From assembly GCA_963794325.1 (NCBI GenBank), contig CAWCDG010000004.1, forward strand, positions 832,001-896,000: 64,000 nucleotides of DNA, written 5' to 3'. This document shows, in pieces, positions 27,987-37,511 of the stretch. Numbering within the stretch: the stretch's first letter is position 1; each line of letters opens with the position of its first letter. A program made the position numbers and the translations under genes. The DNA is from an uncultured delta proteobacterium (GTDB taxonomy: Bacteria > Desulfobacterota > Binatia > Binatales > Binataceae). The notes under the pieces are model-generated. The model was not told the origin of the DNA. It did not search any database and worked only from the letters and a program-made list of their open reading frames with translations.

Positions 27987-29402
27987 TTAGAATTCCGCTA
28001 ATGATCGACCGGTCGCTCTATCAACCGCCGCCTTGGTGACCGAGAAGCCATATAGGGCGTCGGCGTACGCTGCATCGTCTGCGGTATAGCTTCGTTGCGC
28101 ATCTTCCAATTCGATAATACTTGTTAGGCCCGCTTCATAGCGCTTCTCCGCCAATTCCAGTTCCGCGCGCGAAGCTGCAAGCGTCTTTTCCGCGCGCGAG
28201 ATGCGTTCAATAGAAGCTTGCCAATTGAGAAACGAAGTATGAACCTGCAGAATTACTTCTTGCCGCAGGTCTTCGATCGCGCGAAGGATCGCGTGTTGGC
28301 GAAACCTGGTCTCCGCAATTTGATCAGTGGTAAGAAAGCTGTTGAAGATTGGCCAGGTGATAACTATCCCGGCGTTGAAATTATTTGCGGCAGGAGTAGC
28401 AGTCCCCAGTGCCGAGTATCCCGCAACTGCGTTGACGCTGGGATAGTAGTCACTCTTGTACTGAACGATCCTGGCTCCCATAGCTTTCGCCTGATCGTCG
28501 AGCGCAATCAAATCAGGCCTGCTTCGGAAAGCCGTCTCGAGCAAAGAATTTACTGATTCGGTGATCGGATGGTAGGTTAAAATATCTGCTAGTTCGTACG
28601 CCGGCGCTGAGTCACTGAGACCCAATGCGTTGTCGAGCGCGACCTTGGCGTCTTCGTCGCCGTTACGCGCATCGACGAGATGCAACTGAGCCCGCTGCAC
28701 CTCGGCTTCCGTGACATAGGTATCGAGTTGCGGCCTGAGACCGGCGTTAGCCTTAACCTGAGCCTCATGGTTGTGATATTGACGCTGCTCGAGTGCTTTC
28801 TCGTACACCGCGATCATTCGCTTCGCCTCTAGCACCGTGAAGTACCGTTGGGACACTTCGAATATCAGATCAAGCTCGGTAAGCTGTTGATCGGCAGCCG
28901 CTGCAGCGGCCTCAAACTGGCGTTCCGAAACGAAACCATGCCGGCGGCCGAAGTCGACAAGAAACTGGGACAGCATCACACCTCCCATGTAGTTATTGCT
29001 GGTGTCCCAACTCTGCGACGTATCATTTGCAGGCAAGTTGTGATTCGTTCCACTTATTCGCGGAAGAGCACCATCCGGGTTGTAGTAGCTCGTGTTGCCA
29101 ATGCCATTGTCGGTGCTGCGCAGATATTGTGTGGCGCCAAATAGCTGTGGTCCTAAGTATGATCGCGCCTGCCCGATCTGCTGCTTCGCGGCACTGGTGT
29201 TGTCCGCGGCTTCCTGGAGTCTCGGATGATATTTCAGAGCGATCTGGATCGCCTCCTTGAGCGTCAACTGGGATCCTGGCGATATTGGCGCCGCTACTTG
29301 CGGTTCACCACTTGGTACGGACGTAGGATTAGCCGCGCCAGCGATTCGATGCGTCCAGAGAAGCGCGCATGAGAGAAGAACCAGGATTCGCGCAGATTCC
29401 AT
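27987..29402 (-). CDS. TolC family outer membrane efflux protein
   Basis: LTLKEAIQIALKYHP, RPDL, YYPSV, AEKRYEAGLTSIIELEDAQ. Confidence 0.92.
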   Translation of the reverse strand: MESARILVLLSCALLWTHRIAGAANPTSVPSGEPQVAAPISPGSQLTLKEAIQIALKYHPRLQEAADNTSAAKQQIGQARSYLGPQLFGATQYLRSTDNGIGNTSYYNPDGALPRISGTNHNLPANDTSQSWDTSNNYMGGVMLSQFLVDFGRRHGFVSERQFEAAAAAADQQLTELDLIFEVSQRYFTVLEAKRMIAVYEKALEQRQYHNHEAQVKANAGLRPQLDTYVTEAEVQRAQLHLVDARNGDEDAKVALDNALGLSDSAPAYELADILTYHPITESVNSLLETAFRSRPDLIALDDQAKAMGARIVQYKSDYYPSVNAVAGYSALGTATPAANNFNAGIVITWPIFNSFLTTDQIAETRFRQHAILRAIEDLRQEVILQVHTSFLNWQASIERISRAEKTLAASRAELELAEKRYEAGLTSIIELEDAQRSYTADDAAYADALYGFSVTKAAVDRATGRSLAEF

Positions 29403-29714
29403 TGTTAACCTACCCACCTGTTTCGCAATCGATTTGATGCTTGGTATCGTCAGTCAGTCAGAACTTTGCGCCAATGATGTTGCCTTGACGTTTTCATTCT
29501 GTGCCCGACAATCAACCTGCTGTCCCGGAGTAAAAGAACAGTTGTAGGTCGTGACTACCAGCGAGTTTGGCGCCAGGCCCGACGTTACATCTAAATAAGC
29601 GCATTGTTGATCCCGAGCGCCCCGTCAAATTGCGGAGTGGCTACAGTCAGTAGGCAACCCGCAAATACAATTGCAGCTCTGATATTCGATACTCGCATAG
29701 TTTTGCTCCGGCAC

Positions 29715-30857
29715 TCACGGGGTTTCCGCAACCATGTTCGATCGTTCATCAGGCTGTGGCGTCTGCTGCACGATATTGACTACTTCGTCGGGGACGATTG
29801 AAGGATCCAGGGCGGTCACTACTTCTTCATTGCCGCTTAGACCGCTGACAATCTCGGCGCTCTTGCCGTTGTTGATTCCGACCGTTACCTCCTGTCTCCG
29901 CAGCTTCCCGCCCTCCGCGACCATTACGTACTTCCCATCGGGCGAATCGCCAATCGCAGACTCGGGTAGCTCGATCGCGTCGCGATGCCGCTCGAGTTCG
30001 AGCGTCACATTCGCGTACATCCCGGGGTAAAGCTCATGCCGGGGGTTCTTCAAATCGATCTCCGACAGCATAGTGCGCGTTCCGAGATCGAGAGAATTTG
30101 AATAGCGGGCGACCGATCCCTCGAAAGAGCGTCCCGGCAGGTCCTGGAGCGTCAGCTTCGCGGGCATCCCGCGTTTGATCGATGCGATTTCGCCCTGTGG
30201 CACATAGACATACGTGCGCATCGTGTCGATCATCGCGAGACTCAGGACAGGTGAAGTGCCGCCGCTCGGATGCGCCGAACCCTGATCCGGAGAGGCAGTC
30301 GTTTGCTCTCCGCCGGATTTGATCAAAGCGCCCGGATCGACAAAGCGGCCCGTGATTACTCCGGCGAAGGGCGCGACGATCCTGGTGTACGAGACCATCG
30401 CACCGAGCTCGTCCATTTGTGCTTTCGCTTCAAGGTACTTGCCCTGAGCGATATCGACATCTTGGCGCGCGACCAGCCTCGGATCGCTTTTCCAGACTTG
30501 CTCGAGGCGCTGATAGGTCAGGTGCTGAACTTCCAGATCGGCGCGCGCGCGTGCGACCCGCTCTTGAAGCTCGGGCACCTCGATTACTGCAAGGACCTGT
30601 CCTTCTTTTACCCAGTCGCCCTTATCAACTGAGATACTCTTCAAATAGCCAGTTACCTTTGCGTACAGAGTTGACTGGTATAGTCCGACCAAATCTCCAG
30701 GCAGCGTGATCGATCGGATCATGTCGCCGCGCTGCGGCCGAACTACCACAACCGTGCGTCGCGAATCGCTCGGCGCATCATTGTGTGCGCGCGAACATCC
30801 ACTCACCGCCACTAACATGCAAACGGCCGCGATTGTGCGGCAGACGAATTTGTTCAC
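29715..30857 (-). CDS. RND efflux periplasmic adaptor (MFP)
   Basis: Lipobox VSGC; AKVTGYL..VDKGD.V..GQVL, IVAPFAGVIT.R.VDPG, LYPGMY; GTG overlaps the permease TGA. Confidence 0.92.
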   Translation of the reverse strand: MNKFVCRTIAAVCMLVAVSGCSRAHNDAPSDSRRTVVVVRPQRGDMIRSITLPGDLVGLYQSTLYAKVTGYLKSISVDKGDWVKEGQVLAVIEVPELQERVARARADLEVQHLTYQRLEQVWKSDPRLVARQDVDIAQGKYLEAKAQMDELGAMVSYTRIVAPFAGVITGRFVDPGALIKSGGEQTTASPDQGSAHPSGGTSPVLSLAMIDTMRTYVYVPQGEIASIKRGMPAKLTLQDLPGRSFEGSVARYSNSLDLGTRTMLSEIDLKNPRHELYPGMYANVTLELERHRDAIELPESAIGDSPDGKYVMVAEGGKLRRQEVTVGINNGKSAEIVSGLSGNEEVVTALDPSIVPDEVVNIVQQTPQPDERSNMVAETP

Positions 30858-33800
30858 TTCGATACCTGCTGATGACGGCTGTAAAACATTTCGTAGAGCG
30901 CGGGGACCAGGAACAGCGTCAACACTGTGGAGACCGCGAGTCCTCCTGCGGCAGCGCGCGCTAGCGGGGCGGAAGCTTCGGACCCGGCCCCAAGCTTCAG
31001 CGCCATCGGCATCAGGCCCACCACGGTCGCCAGCGTGGTCATCAGAATCGGGCGCATCCGGATTTTCGCCGACTCGATGACTGCCTGGCGCAGTTCCTGG
31101 CCGCCGCGGAAGCGGCGGTTGGCGAAATCCACCAGCAGGATCGCGTTGGACACGACGATCCCAACCATCGCGATGATTCCCATGAACGATTCGATGTTGA
31201 GCGTCGTGCCGGTGAGGTAGAGCGTCCACACGACGCCGATCAGACCCATCGGCACCGCGAACATTATGATGAAGGGGTCGAGGAACGATCGGAACTGCGC
31301 CACCATCACGAGGTAGAGCAGCACCACCGCCATCGCGAGGCCGTAGCCGAAGCTCGAAAACGATCGTTGCATCGATTCGACCGACCCGCGATATGCGATT
31401 TGTGTTCCCGCCGGCAATTCGAGATCGCCCAGTGCCTTTCGCACCGCCGTCAACGTACCGCCCATGTCGTCAGTGCGCGGCGCGACCAGCACATCGACGA
31501 CGCGTTGGATGTTGAAGTGGTCCGCCTCGGCCGGATGATTCTCGCGGGTAATCGTCGCGACGTTGCGCAGCAGCAGCGCGTCTGCACGCGAATGGTCGCC
31601 GTCGCTGCTTCGCACTGGGATGTCGCGTAGCGTATCGAGTGAATTGATCTTGTCTTCGTCGTATTGCGCGGTCAGGAAGTAGTCATTGCCCGATTTCGGA
31701 TCGATCCAGATTGACGGCGCGATCATCTGATTCGATGTGAGCGCGGTGATCACGTTGGTCACGACGTCACGTTGATTGAGACCCAGCCGCGCGGCTTTCA
31801 CCCGGTCGACGTTGATCTTGAGGGTAGGATAGTTCGATTCCTCGGGAATGAACGTGCCGGCGACTTCCGGCAAGCCTTTCACGCGCGCGTCGACTTTGCG
31901 CGACAGATCGAAAAGCTCGGCGTAGTGGCGGCCGCTCACCTGTATATCAATCGGCGCCGCCAGTCCGAAATTAAGGACCGAGTCGATGATGCTGCCCGAT
32001 GAAAAGAACGTGCGAATTTCCGGCATGCGCGCGGGCAAGGTCGCTTTGAGTTTCGCGACGTAGTCCCAGGTCGAGACGCGATGATCGGGTTTGAGTGCGA
32101 CCATCACGAAGCCCGAGTCACTTGCAGCGTTCGACGAATAGATCGACGAAAATCCCGGCGCCAATCCCAGGTTAGAAACTATGGTCGAGAGGTCAGCAGC
32201 CGGTATCACTTCTCGAATCGTGTCTTCCAGCCGTTCGGCGAGTTGTTCGGTGAGTTCGATGCGCGTTCCGAGCGGCGCGCGGAACTGGATGACGAATTGG
32301 CCTGCATCCGTCCTGGGAAACAGCTCGGTCCCGAGCAGGGGAAATGCGGCCATACTAACCACGAAGAGAATCGTCGCAGCCGCGACCACAACGCCTTTGT
32401 GATTTAGCACTCGATCGAGCAGATGCTCGTAACGCTCCGCGAAGCGGTCGTAGCTGCGGATGAACGCGGCGAGAAAACCGCGGCCGCTGCCTTCTTCCGC
32501 TTGCCGCGCCGACTCCGCCGTCAGAAAATGCGCGCAGAAGACCGGGATCACAGTCATAGCGACGATGTACGACGCCAGCATCGAGAGGACCACTGCCAGC
32601 GACAGCGCGCTGAACAGCGACTTCGCTACGCCGAACAGGAACATCACGGGCGAGAACACGATGATAGTCGTGATCGTCGAGGCGAGGACCGCCAGCGCGA
32701 CTTCGTTGGCGCCGTCGCGCGCCGCGTCGGGGGGCGCCTTGCCCTCGGCCAGATGGCGGTTGATGTTTTCGAGCACGACCGTCGAGTCGTCCACCAGGCG
32801 GCCGATTGCGAGTGCGAAGCCGCCCAGCGTCATCACGTTGATAGTTGAACCCATCATGTGCAGGCCGAACGCGCCGGCAAGAATCGAAAGCGGTATCGAC
32901 AGAAAGATTGCGACCGTCGAGCGGAAGCTGCCGAGGAAAATCAGGATCATCAGCGACGCGAGCACGGCGCCCGAGGCCGCTTCATGCTCGAGGCTTTCGA
33001 TCGCCGCGCGCACATAAGAATCCTGCCCGAAGATCGATTCGATCTTCATGCCGGCGGGCAGGCCTGCGATTTTCTTGATCGCATTGCCGACGCCGTCAAC
33101 GACCGCGATCGTGTTGGCGTTGCCCTGTTTCATCACGGGGATGTAGACCGAGCGCTGGCCGTTGATGCGCACAATGTTCTGCTGAATCTGCGCCGAGTCC
33201 TCGACGTGGCCGACGTCGCCCAGCAGCACGGGTTCCTGACCGGGTCCGACCTTAACCGGCACCTGGTTAATCGCGGCCGGGTCGTCGAGCATGCTGTTGC
33301 TGTAAACGAAGTAGTCGGTCGGACCGATCTTCGCGTCGCCGGCCGGAATGATCAGGTTACTGTCGTCGAGTGAATGGACGACGTCCATCAATGTGAGGCC
33401 GCGCGCCTGCAGAGCATCGCGATTGACGTAGGCCATGATCTGCCGATACTTGCCGCCAAACGGCGGAGGCACCGAAGTGCCGGACACGGTCGCGATCCAG
33501 TTGCGGATGTTGTACTGCGCCTGGTCGCGGAGCTGCGCCTCGGTGAACCCAGTGCCTGCGACAGTCACGAGCGTTACCGGCAGCGACGATGCGCCAGATT
33601 TCAGGATGAGTGGCGGCAGCGTGCCGGGCGGCAGATGGCGCAAATCGGCCATCGCGAGGTTGCCGAGCGTGGCAGTCGCGGCGCTCAGATCAACGCCCGG
33701 CTGGAAGAAGACTTTGATGATGCTGACGCCGGGCAGCGAGCGCGACTCCATGTGATCGATGTCGCTGCCGAGCGTGAAGAAGCGCTCGAAGCGGGTCGTG

Positions 33801-33982
33801 ATGTCGGCCTCGATATCCAGCGGCGGCATCCCAGGATAAAAGGTTGCGACGACCGCGACCGGGATATCGAGATTGGGAAAGACGTCGACGGGCATACTGA
33901 GAAATGCCGCGACTCCCAAGATTACCGTGAGCAGCGCGCCCACGATCACGGTGTGCGGATTGCGAAGTGAGAAACCAGGCAC
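30854..33982 (-). CDS. RND efflux permease (AcrB/CusA superfamily)
   Basis: MPVDVFP, TINVMTLGG.ALAIG.LVDD..VV.ENI, RMRPILMT, PLARA..GG; GTG start after GGGAG. Confidence 0.95.
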   Translation of the reverse strand: MPGFSLRNPHTVIVGALLTVILGVAAFLSMPVDVFPNLDIPVAVVATFYPGMPPLDIEADITTRFERFFTLGSDIDHMESRSLPGVSIIKVFFQPGVDLSAATATLGNLAMADLRHLPPGTLPPLILKSGASSLPVTLVTVAGTGFTEAQLRDQAQYNIRNWIATVSGTSVPPPFGGKYRQIMAYVNRDALQARGLTLMDVVHSLDDSNLIIPAGDAKIGPTDYFVYSNSMLDDPAAINQVPVKVGPGQEPVLLGDVGHVEDSAQIQQNIVRINGQRSVYIPVMKQGNANTIAVVDGVGNAIKKIAGLPAGMKIESIFGQDSYVRAAIESLEHEAASGAVLASLMILIFLGSFRSTVAIFLSIPLSILAGAFGLHMMGSTINVMTLGGFALAIGRLVDDSTVVLENINRHLAEGKAPPDAARDGANEVALAVLASTITTIIVFSPVMFLFGVAKSLFSALSLAVVLSMLASYIVAMTVIPVFCAHFLTAESARQAEEGSGRGFLAAFIRSYDRFAERYEHLLDRVLNHKGVVVAAATILFVVSMAAFPLLGTELFPRTDAGQFVIQFRAPLGTRIELTEQLAERLEDTIREVIPAADLSTIVSNLGLAPGFSSIYSSNAASDSGFVMVALKPDHRVSTWDYVAKLKATLPARMPEIRTFFSSGSIIDSVLNFGLAAPIDIQVSGRHYAELFDLSRKVDARVKGLPEVAGTFIPEESNYPTLKINVDRVKAARLGLNQRDVVTNVITALTSNQMIAPSIWIDPKSGNDYFLTAQYDEDKINSLDTLRDIPVRSSDGDHSRADALLLRNVATITRENHPAEADHFNIQRVVDVLVAPRTDDMGGTLTAVRKALGDLELPAGTQIAYRGSVESMQRSFSSFGYGLAMAVVLLYLVMVAQFRSFLDPFIIMFAVPMGLIGVVWTLYLTGTTLNIESFMGIIAMVGIVVSNAILLVDFANRRFRGGQELRQAVIESAKIRMRPILMTTLATVVGLMPMALKLGAGSEASAPLARAAAGGLAVSTVLTLFLVPALYEMFYSRHQQVSK

Positions 33983-34093
33983 GATACAAACTCCCAATCC
34001 CCGGCTTATCAGAGCCGATGGATTTCAAACTTGACCACAACCGCCCGCTGAAAACTTGCTCGCGTGCTAGCGAATCACGAGTCTGAAGTTTGC

Positions 34094-34444
34094 TTAGAGC
34101 GGGTCCTGGCTTTTCGAGCGCGAGGGGAACAGTTTGTAGCGTCTCGCTACTTGTCTTACGAAAGGTCTCCTGAATCCGAAATTCAGTGACGGTTTGACGG
34201 CCTGATCGTCCGCTACAAGCTTCAGATCCTGCACCAGTGGAATGCCATTCACCTCATAGCCGGCCTTGAGATCGGGCGCGCGCGACGAATTATCGGTGAA
34301 CCGCTGCGCCCCGCTGAGAGTTGCGCTCTCGGTCGATCCGCAGGACAGGCGTACGTGCGGGTGCTGTAGGCGAGGCGTGAACGCTACGGCGCTTATCGCG
34401 ACAAGAATCACGGCAACCAGCTGCAAATGTCGGCGATTAAGCAT
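34094..34444 (-). CDS. Small signal-bearing ORF, candidate regulatory leader peptide for the RND operon
   Basis: Basic N-terminus plus hydrophobic helix; C-terminus PFVRQVARRYKLFPSRSKSQDPL; own upstream promoter. Confidence 0.6.
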   Translation of the reverse strand: MLNRRHLQLVAVILVAISAVAFTPRLQHPHVRLSCGSTESATLSGAQRFTDNSSRAPDLKAGYEVNGIPLVQDLKLVADDQAVKPSLNFGFRRPFVRQVARRYKLFPSRSKSQDPL

Positions 34445-34456
34445 TGCGCAGCGAAT

Positions 34457-34484
34457 ATTTTATCGTACCGAATTTTGAATGCAA
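34457..34484 (-). promoter_or_regulatory. Sigma70-type promoter for the leader-RND operon
   Basis: TTGCAT-N16-TAAAAT, ending 12 nt before the ATG at 34444. Confidence 0.55.
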
Positions 34485-34565
34485 GCGGAGCATATTCTCC
34501 GGCCTTCGCGAAGACTCCAGACTTGGCCAACGGCGGTTCATCTCCATCTCTCTCAATGGCGGACT

Positions 34566-34661
34566 TGGATGCTCGAGGCTGCGATCGTGCTCGAGCTTGC
34601 GCGGGGCAAGTTCGTCGAGGCTGCGGTCATCGCGGGTCTGCTGGTGTTCAACGCCGGTCTC
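34566..34661 (+). pseudogene. Remnant of a P-type (IIIA, H+-efflux-like) ATPase TM1-TM2 region
   Basis: Translates WMLEAAIVLELARGKFVEAAVIAGLLVFNAGL, matching the WMLE...LL.FNA.L segment of plasma-membrane H+-ATPases; no remainder of the gene present. Confidence 0.6.
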
Positions 34662-34688
34662 AGTGACGCTGCCCACGACGGCCCACAA

Positions 34689-35948
34689 CTAGGGCTGCTT
34701 AACTTCCAGCGTTGGATCGCGAACCAGGATCCCTTCCGCATACAGGCTGCGAATCTTATCCGCCGGCATCTTCAATAGCTCGCGCAACACTCGCTCGTTG
34801 TCCTCACCAAGCCGCGCCGATCTCACTTCAGTCTTATCCGGCCACGCCGAGAACTTTACCGGCACTGCCGGAATCGCGACCGTGCCCAGCAAAGGATCCT
34901 CAACCCATCGAACCGTCTTGCGCTCATTGAGATGCGGATGCTTGATAGCTTCATTGACCGTCAGCACGGGCGCGCACGGCACTCGCTCGGCGTCCAACAC
35001 TGCGATCGCGTCATCGCGGCTGGGAAATTTTGAGAGCCAGCTCTCGATAACGTCGCGAAGCTGCTCCTTATTATCCCGGCGTCCACGCGCATCTTTGAAA
35101 CGCGGGTCGCTCGCCAATTCCGGCATCTCTAGCGCGCGCACAAACTGCGGCCATTGATGCGGCGTCGACGTGATCTGAATGTATTGATCATCCCGAAAAT
35201 GAAAAATACCGGTCGTGCCGCCGTCAGGATGGAGCGATCCACTACGCGTAGGACGAAACTTATCCCCGCGCAGCGACACGATCGGCACAGTCTTCTCATG
35301 CATGTGGAAGTAGGTATCCAGTAGCGACGCGTCCAGGTATTGGCCTTCTCCCGTACGCTCGCGATGAAGCAGCGCGAATCCTATCGCCATCGCCGCAGCG
35401 ACGCCCGTCGAAACGTCACCTATCGCCATGGTAGTCAGAGCCGGCGGACCATCAACCTGTCCTATGCCGTCGGTAACCCCGGCATAGGCTTGACCTATAA
35501 AATCGTAGCCCGCTTTGACTGAAAGTGGTCCCGTCTGGCCGGCCATCGAAATCGAACACATAATGATTTTCGGATTGACAGCTTTGACATCCTTATAGGC
35601 GAACCCCAGCCGGTCGATCACCCGCGGCGCGAAGTTCTCGACTACGACATCGACCTGCGGAAGCATCGACATCACGATCTCGCGCGCCCCAGGTTTCTTC
35701 AGGTCAATCGCAAAGCTCAGCTTCGAGTGGTTGTGCTGCAGGTAGTAGGTGCTATGACTTGACCCCTTGTATTCAGGCGCGAGTGACTTGAGCCCGTCAG
35801 CGCGCACCCGATCGCCAAACGGCGCGAGCTCGAGCTTGATAACTTCAGCACCCATCTCACCTAGCAGTCGCGTGCACGTCGGCCCCGCTACGAACTGCGT
35901 GAAATCAAGTACCCGGTAGCCTTCCAGCATTTGCGGCTTGTTCGCCAT
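34689..35948 (-). CDS. CaiB/BaiF family III CoA-transferase
   Basis: LEGYRVLDFTQFVAGP, GAEVIKLE, DVVVENF, GYDFIGQA. Confidence 0.95.
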   Translation of the reverse strand: MANKPQMLEGYRVLDFTQFVAGPTCTRLLGEMGAEVIKLELAPFGDRVRADGLKSLAPEYKGSSHSTYYLQHNHSKLSFAIDLKKPGAREIVMSMLPQVDVVVENFAPRVIDRLGFAYKDVKAVNPKIIMCSISMAGQTGPLSVKAGYDFIGQAYAGVTDGIGQVDGPPALTTMAIGDVSTGVAAAMAIGFALLHRERTGEGQYLDASLLDTYFHMHEKTVPIVSLRGDKFRPTRSGSLHPDGGTTGIFHFRDDQYIQITSTPHQWPQFVRALEMPELASDPRFKDARGRRDNKEQLRDVIESWLSKFPSRDDAIAVLDAERVPCAPVLTVNEAIKHPHLNERKTVRWVEDPLLGTVAIPAVPVKFSAWPDKTEVRSARLGEDNERVLRELLKMPADKIRSLYAEGILVRDPTLEVKQP

Positions 35949-36003
35949 GGCTGCGTCCTCTCGTTCAGTCTCTATACCACTTCAACGCCGGGAGGGGTAA
36001 CCG

Positions 36004-36987
36004 TCAGAATCGTAGCAGTTCGCGTGCGTTCGCTCCGAGGATTTTGTTTTCGTCGTCTGACTCGAGGCCAAGCGCTTTCACTTCTTCCACCGGATGCGCC
36101 AGGCCGGCGGGCAAAGGATAGTCGGTCCCTATGACGAATCGCTCCGCGCCATAAGTCTTAATGAGATGACCTAGCATTCCGCGGCTATGCGCGATGATAT
36201 CGAAATAGAACTGATTCATGTAACTGGATGGCGGCCGCGGAATCGCCTTGCGGCATTCGGGTACGATCCGATAGCCCATGTCGAGTCGTCCTACCAAGGC
36301 CGGCAACGCACCGCCGGCATGATACAAAACAATTCGCAGATTCGGATGGCGCTCCATCACGCCTCCATAAATCAATAGCGCGGCGGCCAGGCCGGTATCA
36401 TACAGATTGCCGACCAGGTTGCCGAGAAAGTATCTGGAAAGCGCGCCCGCCGGCGCAGCCTCGAAAGGATGGATACAAACGACCATGCGCAATTCCTCAG
36501 CCGTAGCCCAGAACACCTCGAAATCCGGCTCGTCGAGCTGACGTTCGACGACCTTTGGCGGAATCTCAACTCCACGAAGCCCCAACTTGGCGGCGCGTTC
36601 CAATTCTTTCGCAGCCGCAACTGGATCTTGCATCGGGACGCTCGCCAGTGGCACGAAGTGAGCCGGATCGCCCGCTCCCAGAGCGGCCATCACGTCATTG
36701 TTGACTTGCGCGATCGCGAGTCCGAGAGCGGCATCGACGTCCGGGTACATCAGGAACGGAACGCACGATACCGCTTGCGCATTGACGCCCTCGCGCTCCA
36801 TATCTGCGATCCGCGCTTGCACGTGCGAGATCGGGCCATCGATCGGCCGCATCGCCTTTTCCTGGATCAAAAGAAAACGCCGGCCGTCACGCTCCACGAT
36901 CCTTGTCGCGAAATGCTTACCTTCCCGCGCGAGAAAATCGATTATCTCGGGCGCGATGAAGTGGTTGTGCATGTCGATGACATCCAT
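36004..36987 (-). CDS. Amidohydrolase_2 family (ACMSD-like decarboxylase/hydratase)
   Basis: IDMHNH, CIHP, HAGG, GTDYP motifs. Confidence 0.88.
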   Translation of the reverse strand: MDVIDMHNHFIAPEIIDFLAREGKHFATRIVERDGRRFLLIQEKAMRPIDGPISHVQARIADMEREGVNAQAVSCVPFLMYPDVDAALGLAIAQVNNDVMAALGAGDPAHFVPLASVPMQDPVAAAKELERAAKLGLRGVEIPPKVVERQLDEPDFEVFWATAEELRMVVCIHPFEAAPAGALSRYFLGNLVGNLYDTGLAAALLIYGGVMERHPNLRIVLYHAGGALPALVGRLDMGYRIVPECRKAIPRPPSSYMNQFYFDIIAHSRGMLGHLIKTYGAERFVIGTDYPLPAGLAHPVEEVKALGLESDDENKILGANARELLRF

Positions 36988-37019
36988 CGCGCCCTCTACT
37001 GTGATCGCTGACCGGCTGG

Positions 37020-37511
37020 TTACAGGATGAAACTGATCTTGCCGTGAGGCCTTAGCGCCTCATTGTCGAGAATAGCCCTTCTCTCCCGAATCTTCAGATC
37101 GTCACCCTTGCGGATCAGCTTGTAGTCGTAGTGACCTATATAGGTATCGACCGACTCGTAGCGCATCCTATGCACCGCAAAGTTGGCGGTCACCAGAATG
37201 CTATCGCCATCGTCGCCGACGACTCGCACGTTGGCTATCATCCGCCGCGTGCGTGATCGCGGATTCTCCGACCACGCCGCCTTACCCAGCAACTGCTTCA
37301 CCCGCGATCTGATTCGCACCGCATCGTCCGCGATGATGAACAAAGTATTCCTCGGGTCTCCCTCAGGAACATCAGTAGGTGGAATCTCATAGACCGCGTC
37401 TTCGGTGAGAAGTTCCAACCACTCTTCCAACCGCCATTCGTCGAGCAGCGCCGCCTCCTTATATAGGAGATCCTCGACTTCCGCGCGGCTCGGCAGGTCG
37501 CTGCTACTCAT
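37020..37511 (-). CDS. Aromatic ring-hydroxylating dioxygenase beta subunit
   Basis: LYKEAALLD...WL, WSENPRSRTRR; ATG overlaps the alpha-subunit TGA. Confidence 0.93.
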   Translation of the reverse strand: MSSSDLPSRAEVEDLLYKEAALLDEWRLEEWLELLTEDAVYEIPPTDVPEGDPRNTLFIIADDAVRIRSRVKQLLGKAAWSENPRSRTRRMIANVRVVGDDGDSILVTANFAVHRMRYESVDTYIGHYDYKLIRKGDDLKIRERRAILDNEALRPHGKISFIL

